From an archaeon (GTDB lineage Archaea; Asgardarchaeota; Thorarchaeia; Thorarchaeales; Thorarchaeaceae), in the NCBI GenBank assembly GCA_024275415.1, contig JAJRZD010000034.1, positions 48,849 to 80,848 of the forward strand: 32,000 nucleotides of DNA, written 5' to 3'. A model generated the notes under the pieces. It was not told the DNA's origin and did not search any database. It was given only the letters and a program-made list of their open reading frames with translations. Position numbers and translations under genes: made by a program. Within the stretch, counting starts at the first letter, position 1; the number at the start of each line of letters is the position of its first letter. This document shows positions 18,634-26,546 of this stretch, in pieces.

Positions 18634-19044
18634 CTAAGCGACTACTCTCCAGCCGTACTCATCAGTGATGAGGTTATTGATTGACATATTCACGACGTTA
18701 AGGAGGTTTGTGACAGTTTCAGCAATGGCAGGGTCGTTATCTTCCTGCAGTTCCTTAAGCCTATTGATAGACAGGGTGGACTTTGGGATCAAGCCTCTGA
18801 TGGTCTTCCCCTCTTTCTTTATGAGTTCAATCTCCTCTTGTCCTATCATCGACTCCATATCGGGAAGGTTTTCAGCTGTATCATAGAGATTCCGAGAAGC
18901 TGGTGAGGCGCTACAAGTGCGGGACAAGAGGTCTGGTGACACCAGATGAAAGATAGAATTGATGCTCAAGGCGGTACACAAAACGGAACATGCGACCTTC
19001 CTCTTATGGTTCGATTCACGAGTTTTGCAACAGATTTCGCTCAC
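18634..19044 (-). pseudogene. Orphan fragment of the C-terminal part of the 1243-aa gene
   Basis: About 65 codons nearly identical to the large ORF. The upstream part of the ORF does not look like real protein. Confidence 0.55.
18666..18861. repeat. Direct repeat, copy 2 (196 bp)
   Basis: Same orientation as 11671-11866 and offset by 6,995 bp. On the minus strand it reads DMESMIGQEE...SINNLI and then diverges to TDEYGWRVVA* (stop at 18634). Confidence 0.97.
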
Positions 19045-19091
19045 AAAACTGATTTATATTTCATTGCTGCTCTTTTTGTTTCGTGGTTTGA

Positions 19092-19895
19092 ATGGAATAT
19101 CCCGGTACTGAGCGAGTGATAGCAAGAGCTTCCTGCCGTTCCAACAACCTGCCTGGAGATATTATTGTCACCAACCTTGGCGTGTCTTTTGAGAGATCAA
19201 CCGGTTTTTTAAGGACGGGGCGGATGAGAGCTCATCATTTCACGTTTGACGAGATTCACAATATCCGGCTTGAATCCAAGGGCATTGCTGGATCTCTCAC
19301 AGGCAGTGTGATTCTTGCGATTGACCACAGATCTCGCACGTTCGGCACTCGTACAACACGTTATCATATGCAAAAGAATGATGCGAATCGGATACTTCGT
19401 GCACTCAAGTACGTACATGAGAGAAAAGATGCTCCACGACAACTTGAGATGCTACTATTGCGTCTGATTAAACCCCATGGAAAAGTAGACCTCAGACACA
19501 TCTCTACTATGAGCAATGTCCGAGAGGTTGTTGCCAGAGTTCGAGGGATTAATCAAACTCAATTATGGGATGCAGATTCGTTTGCGACTGTGAGGAACGT
19601 TGTTGCTGGACTTATCGCAGATGGTCGTCTTGATGGCATAATCAATGAGAACCACGAATATGTTCCCAGCACAATGATCACTCGCAAATCTGTCGAATAT
19701 CAAATCGTACTTGATTTTGCCACAATACTTGCCCAACTCAAGACTAAAGGAATAGTTCTTCAATCTTTAGAATGCCCCTCCTGCAAAGGACAGTTGGAAT
19801 ATCCAAAGGACGGAAGCAGCACAACATGCACGTTTTGTGGAGCCACCATTGCAGCCTTTGATATTTTCGAGAAATTCAAAGGACTGCTCTCCTAG
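19092..19895 (+). CDS. Hypothetical protein: PH-like N-terminus, winged-helix/PCI-like middle and C-terminal Zn ribbon
   Basis: GDIIVTNLGVSFE...HFTFDEIHNIRLE (PH/GRAM-like strands), VAGLIADGRLDGII (WH/PCI-like) and CPSCKGQL...CTFCGA (four Cys). Confidence 0.7.
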   Translation: MEYPGTERVIARASCRSNNLPGDIIVTNLGVSFERSTGFLRTGRMRAHHFTFDEIHNIRLESKGIAGSLTGSVILAIDHRSRTFGTRTTRYHMQKNDANRILRALKYVHERKDAPRQLEMLLLRLIKPHGKVDLRHISTMSNVREVVARVRGINQTQLWDADSFATVRNVVAGLIADGRLDGIINENHEYVPSTMITRKSVEYQIVLDFATILAQLKTKGIVLQSLECPSCKGQLEYPKDGSSTTCTFCGATIAAFDIFEKFKGLLS

Positions 19896-20112
19896 TACAA
19901 TCGTCCAGGCTCCACACCATCTTGGAATATTGACTCCAATAATGTCACACCAAATCAACCTCTTGACCATGAAAGGTTGTCAAAATGGCAGGCGATTGCG
20001 GCTTGTGAGGCTGTTCGTGTCCACGCTGAGTCAAACCTGCCATCAGAACCCCAATTTTGTAATTACAAAAGCTCTTATCGTTTCAGTCCAAAGTCATCAT
20101 GAGTGTGGGGTT

Positions 20113-20734
20113 GTGAGAGTCGAGGTAGATGTTTCAGAGATTCCTGACTGGTGTTACTATATTGACGAGAAGTGCAAGGAACTTGAGGAACAACTGAAGG
20201 AATATCTAGTATACTGCGAGTATGGCGTAAGGCGTATGCATATGGCAGATGACTGGACAGATGATCCCTATGTCCTTTTACAACCGATTGGCGAAGAAGC
20301 ACTCATGCTTGAGTCATGGGAATTCGAGGCTTTGAGTCCCTCAGAGATCCTCCTCCTCATTGAATATGAATCTGAAACATATGTGTTTGATGTCATCGAG
20401 TATGCATTATTGTGCTTGTTCATAGCGGGTATGCTCATGCTTGGCATTCCTGCTGTCTTTCTTGTTCCACAACTGGTCATGGGTTTGGCGGATCCCTTCC
20501 TTTTATCTATCATTCAATTATCTACTCTCATCCTAATCATTTCAGCAACTCTTTATTCTCGGAAACATGGATCTCGAAAAGCAAAGACAGCTCATCAGAG
20601 AGTTCATCACGAGAGATTCACACTACGTAGATGTCTTGCAAAGGCTTGCAGCCTTACCTGAGGTTGCCGAGTGGAAGCGACGCGAATATGAACGAATCTT
20701 GCGATCCATAACGAATGCGATGGCAGAAACCTAG
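20113..20734 (+). pseudogene. Membrane protein gene with an apparent frameshift near 20565
   Basis: The GTG 20113 frame gives an acidic domain and two TM helices. A second frame from 20567 (MDLEKQRQLIREFITRDSHYVDVLQRLAALPEVAEWKRREYERILRSITNAMAET*) looks like the true C-terminus. A sequencing error or a separate small gene is also possible. Confidence 0.45.
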
Positions 20735-20858
20735 TTATCTGATTCAGCCTTTGTACGAAGATGGAATTTCTCTCCAGTTCTCATGCAAAGCCCCTCTGAA
20801 ACAGCTTGCCTATCATGTCTTTGTTTCTAACTAAGGAACACTAATCTGATTGCCTATC

Positions 20859-21263
20859 TCATTTCTTCTGAGCCAATGCTATGACATGCCTGTCAAGATC
20901 CGTACCATAAGCAACTCTATCTCCCCAATCCCGCTCTACCACATTACTGACGAGCCGTCCTCCTGCCTGTACCAGTCTTTCTATGGCGCGTTCAAGATTC
21001 TTCACGAACAGGTATAACTCACATCTGGGAATGCCGTTTCCCCGCGAAGGATGCGGCACAGATTCGCCCAGTATCTTTGCTATACCAGTTTCGGGCATCA
21101 GTCCCAAGACGAATGAATTGTCTATCTCAAACATAGTCATTCCCTCGACATCAACTGAAGGCTCTTTCTGCAGAAAAGTGCGATAGAATTCCCTACTTCT
21201 CTCTTGACTTTCCACAAAGAAGATTATCATCGCTTTGACATACCATATCACTATCCCTGTCAT
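20859..21263 (-). CDS. VOC/glyoxalase-family protein
   Basis: IFFVESQERSREFY, CELYLFVKNLERAIERLVQAGG and RDWGDRVAYGTDLDRHVI. ATGA overlap with the upstream ZIP gene. Confidence 0.88.
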   Translation of the reverse strand: MTGIVIWYVKAMIIFFVESQERSREFYRTFLQKEPSVDVEGMTMFEIDNSFVLGLMPETGIAKILGESVPHPSRGNGIPRCELYLFVKNLERAIERLVQAGGRLVSNVVERDWGDRVAYGTDLDRHVIALAQKK

Positions 21264-22042
21264 CCGAATATGAACTCAAAGATATTGTCAAGCATCATCA
21301 TGACCACAAAGCCAATCATGGTTCCCCAAGTCGCTGCTCGTGCATTTCCTGCAGCATGGCTTTCAGGCAACATTTCCTCACCCACTACGAATATCATGGC
21401 ACCGGCTGCAAAGGCAAGTCCATATGGCAACAGGAACGATGCGAAGGAAACTATCGATACCCCGATTAGCCCTCCGATAGGCTCAACTAGCCCTGTGAGA
21501 AGTGCCAATCCCGCAGCATATCTTCTAGAATATCCCTCTCGTATCATTGGCGCTGCGACAGCCATCCCCTCAGGGATGTTCTGGAGACCTATTGCTACCG
21601 CAACTGCAAGCCCTTCTGCGATGTCACCAGACCCAAAGGACACACCTACCGCCAGTCCTTCTGGGATATTGTGAATAGTGATTGCTAGAACCAGCAACCA
21701 GACTTTTGCCATCGCGGATGACGGTCCTTCGCGCCCTTTCCCAAAGTGCTCATGGGGGATGTATTTGTCCGCAAGGTGGATGAACACTCCGCCCAACACA
21801 AAGCCGAACGACACTACTGTTATCACCCCGACCCAATCCACGATTAACTCAAGGGCCGGTACAAGTAGACTGAATGCGGAGGCTGCTAGCATGACTCCCG
21901 CTGCCGTCCCAAGCATGATGTCCAGTGTTCTCCGTGAGAAGTTCCCTCCCAGAAGGACGGGTATTGCTCCGATGCCTGTAGCTGTCCCAGCAAGGAGGCT
22001 GGCGAGGATTCCTAACGATATGGGATCTGTGAGCAGCTGCAT
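21260..22042 (-). CDS. zupT: ZIP-family (GufA/ZupT) metal transporter
   Basis: AAGVMLAASAFSLL, IPHEHF, AITIHNIPEGLAVGV, GLQNIPEG, LTGLVEP and AFAAGAMIFVV. Confidence 0.94.
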   Translation of the reverse strand: MQLLTDPISLGILASLLAGTATGIGAIPVLLGGNFSRRTLDIMLGTAAGVMLAASAFSLLVPALELIVDWVGVITVVSFGFVLGGVFIHLADKYIPHEHFGKGREGPSSAMAKVWLLVLAITIHNIPEGLAVGVSFGSGDIAEGLAVAVAIGLQNIPEGMAVAAPMIREGYSRRYAAGLALLTGLVEPIGGLIGVSIVSFASFLLPYGLAFAAGAMIFVVGEEMLPESHAAGNARAATWGTMIGFVVMMMLDNIFEFIFG

Positions 22043-22162
22043 GTCATTCTCGCCTCGACCTTTTGGAAACGATGCTAGTGATACCTTATCACCGTTTCTG
22101 TAAAACGTGGAAATCCACTATTTCGTTGCTATCCCGAACGAGTTTCTGACTCCTCAAATATT

Positions 22163-22182
22163 GTTAGAACACGTGTTCTAAC
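22163..22182. promoter_or_regulatory. Perfect 20-bp palindrome GTTAGAACACGTGTTCTAAC
   Basis: Equals its own reverse complement. Lies about 120 bp upstream of the ZIP start, in a divergent intergenic region. Function is inferred. Confidence 0.5.
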
Positions 22183-22404
22183 GAACTCTGACACGATTAA
22201 TATTAGCGAAGCGACAAAGTATCAGATTAGGAGTGTGATAGCCATGAACAGCATGATCACATCTACAATCAACACTATGTTAGCAACACCATTCCGCCAT
22301 GTGATACAATGTTGAGATATTGTGTATGGCGTTCTTTGTCACAGAACCTTGATAGAATGCAAAGATACAAAACCATCACTGCTCACTTTCACTGATGGAT
22401 TCGA

Positions 22405-22902
22405 ATGAGCTCAGATATAGACCGGTTTTCATTGCGCGGTTTTTTGGTTCTCATAATCATTCTACTGATCATCAGTGTGATCGCGTTTGCCCTCTCCAGT
22501 ATAGAGGGCTTTCTCACGGGCATCATCGTCACTTTCATTGGACTTGTCCTCAGTTTCTTCAGAGATGATATCAAGAGAGCAGTGGGGTATGGCAAGAGCA
22601 CTAACGACCCTCAAATAAGGGTCGAGTCAGTCAACATGGCGGAGAAACTGGACAAGAAGATAGCCAAAGAACGGCTCAATCTCGCCAAGCTGGAGTCCAA
22701 GTTCGAAGCAAAGCCCAAGAAGCAAGCAAAACTACGATTTGGCATCGTAGAGGAGGCAACAGCTCTGCTGGTACTCATAGACCAAGCAAAAACTGATGCC
22801 ATTCGAAACGGCAATCCTGCTCTTGCTCAGCATTATGAAGACATGGCATTGGAGATCGAAACAGTTCGCGAACGCTATCAGAACTTATCTCAGGACAGAT
22901 GA
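22405..22902 (+). CDS. Hypothetical membrane protein with two TM helices and a coiled-coil-like C-terminus
   Basis: Two N-terminal hydrophobic segments followed by a K/E-rich helical region. Confidence 0.7.
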   Translation: MSSDIDRFSLRGFLVLIIILLIISVIAFALSSIEGFLTGIIVTFIGLVLSFFRDDIKRAVGYGKSTNDPQIRVESVNMAEKLDKKIAKERLNLAKLESKFEAKPKKQAKLRFGIVEEATALLVLIDQAKTDAIRNGNPALAQHYEDMALEIETVRERYQNLSQDR

Positions 22903-23021
22903 TGACAGCTTTCTATGTTGTGCCTTATGAATACAAGCCGCCTTACAGTCAATGGTGTCTACTCAGACATGTCAACCTGATTTCCAACTTTGGGATAACT
23001 ATTCACTATCAGGCGTCTAAA

Positions 23022-23128
23022 TGGTGGGCCCGGGGCGATTTGAACGCCCGACCGTTCCCCTGCCCGATGGGATTCACCGAGCATACAGGTTATGAGCCTG
23101 CTGCTCTACCAAGCTGAGCTACGGGCCC
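23022..23128 (-). tRNA. tRNA-Ile2(CAU) with a 30-nt intron at 43/44; CCA encoded
   Basis: Reverse strand reads GGGCCCGTAGCTCAGCTTGGTAGAGCAGCAGGCTCATAACCTGT[intron 23084-23055]CGGTCGGGCGTTCAAATCGCCCCGGGCCCACCA. The GGGCCC acceptor stem is typical of archaeal Ile tRNAs and differs from initiator (AGCGGG) and elongator Met (GCC...) tRNAs. Confidence 0.88.
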
Positions 23129-23409
23129 TATCATTTATGGACAGACGATTTGCTTTGTATTTGGGTTATTAAAGTTACGTCAATGAAATCTGACCATAGA
23201 AGTCTGTATCTTGATTAGTATCTTTGTTCTTGATTCGCTCTTCTTTGTCTTTTGAATTGATAACATATTTATGTTGAAATTAATACTGGTCGTATCATAG
23301 GTATCCGAGTAGGTTATGAAAAGGGCGATGAACTATCGGGAACATTCGGTTCTCCTTCCTATGTAGGTCTTTACAGGAAACGAAGAAATCAGTTTGGGAG
23401 ATATATCAA

Positions 23410-25485
23410 ATGAAACGGATTCTGACACTAGCTGTGACTTTAGGAATTCTCATCCTGTTGGGGGCTATGTATTCGTCCTTGGTTCTTTCCGAGAACATAG
23501 TAATGAAGGAGTACTCGCGTCAAGAGATAGCATCTGACGATAACACATTGGTCTGGGAAACTATAGGCAACCCTCGCTATATGGATCCGCATAACAACTA
23601 TGAGCCATTCGGATCATGGATACACTATAACGTGTATGAAACGCTCTTCACGTACGAGTGGGATTCCCTCGACACAGAGCCAACAGTTCCATTGTTGGCA
23701 GAAGGCCTTGAGATATCAAGTGATGGTTTGATTTACACTTTCACCCTACGCCAAGGCATCACCTTCCATGATGGGACACCATTCAATGCGTCATGTGTGC
23801 AGTACAACTTTGAGAGAATGCTTGGGACATTTGATTCAAATGGTTCCGTTCGGATGGTCGCAGAATCTATCCTTGGTGGGGCTGCAATCAAAGATGCAGT
23901 TGACGCTGGGAACATCCTACTCCATGAAGAGTTATGGAATCAGTGGGTTGTTGACAACAAGGCCGGTACTGGTGCAGTCACCGTCCTCGATGATTACACT
24001 GTCCGTATCAGACTTGCCTATGCTTATGCATCATTCCTATCTGTTATCACATACGAAGTTGGTGCCATAATCAGCCCAACCTTTGTTGAGTCACACGGCG
24101 GTATCATTGTTGGTCAGCATAATGAGTATATTGACGAACACACCTGTGGTACTGGTCCGTACATGCTCGATGAATGGACTCGTAATGAGCGCATTGTTCT
24201 CAAGCGTAACACCAACTACTGGAGAGAATCGCAAGCCCGTCAGCGGTTCCCTTATGCTGGGGCCGTAGACACTGTCATCATCAAGACCAACGAAGATACC
24301 AACAGCAGGATTTTGAACATTCAGACAGGAGTAGCTGATTCAATCTATTGGCCCGTGTCTAATGCATACCAGATATATAACAACGTTTCACCACCGCCAC
24401 TTGAGCAGAATGATGGCACTGTACAGTCATTGAATCCAAACCTTACGGTGTGGGCTAAGTATCCAACCTTCAACATTGCGTCAGTTCACTTCACCATGAG
24501 TGATACGTTGAACGAGCTGACCATTGGAAAAATTGTCGAGAATCCATTCAAGCTGAAGAACGTCAGAAAAGCATTGAGTTGTGCATTCGACTACCAGACA
24601 GCCATTGACGACATCCTCAATGGGTTTGGTGTCCAGGGCCAGGGTCCAATCCCACATGGGATGTTCGGACACAACGACAGTGCACTCGTCTATCCCTATA
24701 ACTTGGACAAGGCTATATATTACTGGAACAAGGCGATGTATGATGATGATTTAGACTCAACTCTTGAGAACAACTCATACCGTCTGGTGTTATACTATAA
24801 CAGCGGTAATGATGCACGTAGGAAGATCATGAACTTGCTCAGGGATGGCATTGAGAATATGCTTGCATTGCCCGAAACAGTTCAGCCAAGTCAACCACTT
24901 AGCATAGATGTCCAAGGCATTGAGTGGTCTACATATATCCATGAGATCATCAACGGCCGGGTTGGTGTTTGGGTGTTCGGTTTGGCTCCAGAATATGCAG
25001 ACCCACACAACTACGTTTGGAACTACGTCAAGAGTACCGGTACCTATGCCTACTGGGCTCGCTTAGGTGTTTCTCCCGGCTGGGATGCAGTGACTGTCGA
25101 CGGTTGGATTGATGCGGCTACAAAGAGTCAGGGTGTGCAAGAACGTGTCGATCTCTATGGGAAGATACAAGATGCCATCATTGAACACGCTGCGTACATT
25201 TGGGTCTGGCAACGTTCCACTCTACACGTATCCCGATCTGGTATTCAGAATATCCAATACGGTGTCAATCCACTGCATGGCACCTATTTCTATCATTGCT
25301 GGGATGTGAGTGCTATAACTCCTACTGAAACTACCGACACATCTTTCACGCCACAGATTCCTGACCTTCTTACAATCTCAAACATCATAACTATTGGCTC
25401 ATCTGTGTTCATTCTAGTTGTCATAGTTCTTATTATTCGTGGAAGGCAAGAACACGGGATGTATAATGCAGCAACCACATACTGA
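23410..25485 (+). CDS. ABC transporter substrate-binding protein, family 5 (DppA/OppA-like), with C-terminal TM anchor
   Basis: NVYETLFTY, PLLAEGLEISSDGLIYTFTLRQGITFHDGTPFNA, CGTGPYML and VRKALSCAFD. N-terminal signal/TM segment, Thr-rich linker and C-terminal TM helix. Confidence 0.93.
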   Translation: MKRILTLAVTLGILILLGAMYSSLVLSENIVMKEYSRQEIASDDNTLVWETIGNPRYMDPHNNYEPFGSWIHYNVYETLFTYEWDSLDTEPTVPLLAEGLEISSDGLIYTFTLRQGITFHDGTPFNASCVQYNFERMLGTFDSNGSVRMVAESILGGAAIKDAVDAGNILLHEELWNQWVVDNKAGTGAVTVLDDYTVRIRLAYAYASFLSVITYEVGAIISPTFVESHGGIIVGQHNEYIDEHTCGTGPYMLDEWTRNERIVLKRNTNYWRESQARQRFPYAGAVDTVIIKTNEDTNSRILNIQTGVADSIYWPVSNAYQIYNNVSPPPLEQNDGTVQSLNPNLTVWAKYPTFNIASVHFTMSDTLNELTIGKIVENPFKLKNVRKALSCAFDYQTAIDDILNGFGVQGQGPIPHGMFGHNDSALVYPYNLDKAIYYWNKAMYDDDLDSTLENNSYRLVLYYNSGNDARRKIMNLLRDGIENMLALPETVQPSQPLSIDVQGIEWSTYIHEIINGRVGVWVFGLAPEYADPHNYVWNYVKSTGTYAYWARLGVSPGWDAVTVDGWIDAATKSQGVQERVDLYGKIQDAIIEHAAYIWVWQRSTLHVSRSGIQNIQYGVNPLHGTYFYHCWDVSAITPTETTDTSFTPQIPDLLTISNIITIGSSVFILVVIVLIIRGRQEHGMYNAATTY

Positions 25486-25568
25486 GAGGATTCTTTCCTG
25501 CATCAACTACATACTAGGGACACTTGATTAGTTTAGGACTGAGAAGATGTGAAATGAATCGGGACGCT

Positions 25569-25675
25569 GATAGACTCCGGAACGACTTGAAAACCAGACT
25601 GTTCTCCTGCTCAAAGGAATGCATCAAGCATACAGGTCATAAGCCTGCTGCTCCACCAAGCTAGGTAACAAATCG
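25569..25675 (-). pseudogene. Decayed copy of the intron-containing tRNA-Ile2 gene
   Basis: 25578-25662 aligns without gaps to 23031-23115 at 67/85 positions, intron included. The acceptor, D and T stems are disrupted, and the anticodon reads TAT. Confidence 0.88.
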
Positions 25676-25833
25676 TGCCAGAAACTCAGTGAACTGCTGA
25701 GAACATATTTTTTCAAAATCCGATATGGAATATGTCCATGGACTGCGAATATGCCCCCGTCTTACTCGTTCTTTTGTTCTGACTTTAAATTATCATGATA
25801 TGATGACCCCTAGACGATGGAGCTCTGTGTAAA

Positions 25834-26193
25834 GTGATATTCCTCTTCACCTCTAGGAAATGTACGTGGTGCGAAGCAGTCAAGAGGATGTTAGAAGAGG
25901 AGTCCGAGCATTTCATCACATCTCCAATTTATGAGGTCGATATCGAACACCATAAGCACATTGCAGATGCATACGGAATCGCTGTGGTTCCTACTCTGAT
26001 ATCTGGAAATCACTCGATCTCGGGCTTGCCCTCTTCTTCCGACCTCAGAGCTTTTCTCATGCAATCATTTTCCACGCTCTCTCCAGCCACTCATGAGAAT
26101 AATCGAGGAGGTGTCCTTGGAAATCTGCAACAACTCTTGAAAGAGCAACGGACAATCCCGAATGAAGAACTTGTTTCCCCTCTAAAGAATTGA
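25834..26193 (+). CDS. Thioredoxin-fold protein
   Basis: GTG start, FTSRKCTWC (CxxC) and YEVDIE...AYGIAVVPTL (cis-Pro motif). Confidence 0.82.
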   Translation: MIFLFTSRKCTWCEAVKRMLEEESEHFITSPIYEVDIEHHKHIADAYGIAVVPTLISGNHSISGLPSSSDLRAFLMQSFSTLSPATHENNRGGVLGNLQQLLKEQRTIPNEELVSPLKN

Positions 26194-26342
26194 ATTTTGA
26201 ATCGGTACTCCTACACAATCTATAAAAACAGAACAGGAATTGCACCACCCGTAAGGGATTGAACGAGAAGAATCCGGCTATGAACGATATTTCTGCAAGC
26301 ACTAATTCTTCTCGTACCTGTTTGACAGCACGGATAAACGAA

Positions 26343-26420
26343 GCCCCGATAGTGTAGTCCGGCCCAGCATAAGGGACTTTCGATTCCTTGACCCGGGTTC
26401 GAATCCCGGTCGGGGCACCA
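26343..26420 (+). tRNA. tRNA-Glu(UUC), no intron; CCA encoded
   Basis: GCCCCGA/TCGGGGC acceptor stem, AGGGA-CT-TTC-GA-TTCCT anticodon arm and CCGGG-TTCGAAT-CCCGG T arm. Confidence 0.95.
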
Positions 26421-26546
26421 TTCTTTCTCCATTTGTCCATTCTAGGATGCAAACGTTATCACTAGTGATGATTAAGCATGAGGGACTTTTGCATCATTGC
26501 TAGAAATCAAGCTTCGTACGAAGAACATAGCACTTGGATCTTTCAC

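Larger units (their letters stand above)
11405..18875 (-). mobile_element. Putative horizontally acquired two-gene module next to tRNA-Asn (no integrase or transposase seen)
   Basis: Starts directly after a tRNA 3' end, has anomalous GC, encodes a DNA-translocase-like ATPase and an endonuclease-like protein, and carries 196-bp direct repeats. Boundaries and mobility are inferred. Confidence 0.45.

Noticed and set aside
11405-19090. Classical tRNA-targeting integrative element with a direct att repeat
   Set aside because: No direct copy of the tRNA-Asn 3' end was found at the far side, and no tyrosine or serine recombinase motif was seen.
26241-26272. T-loop-like GTTCAATCCC on the minus strand upstream of tRNA-Glu
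   Set aside because: No T stem or acceptor stem can be formed.
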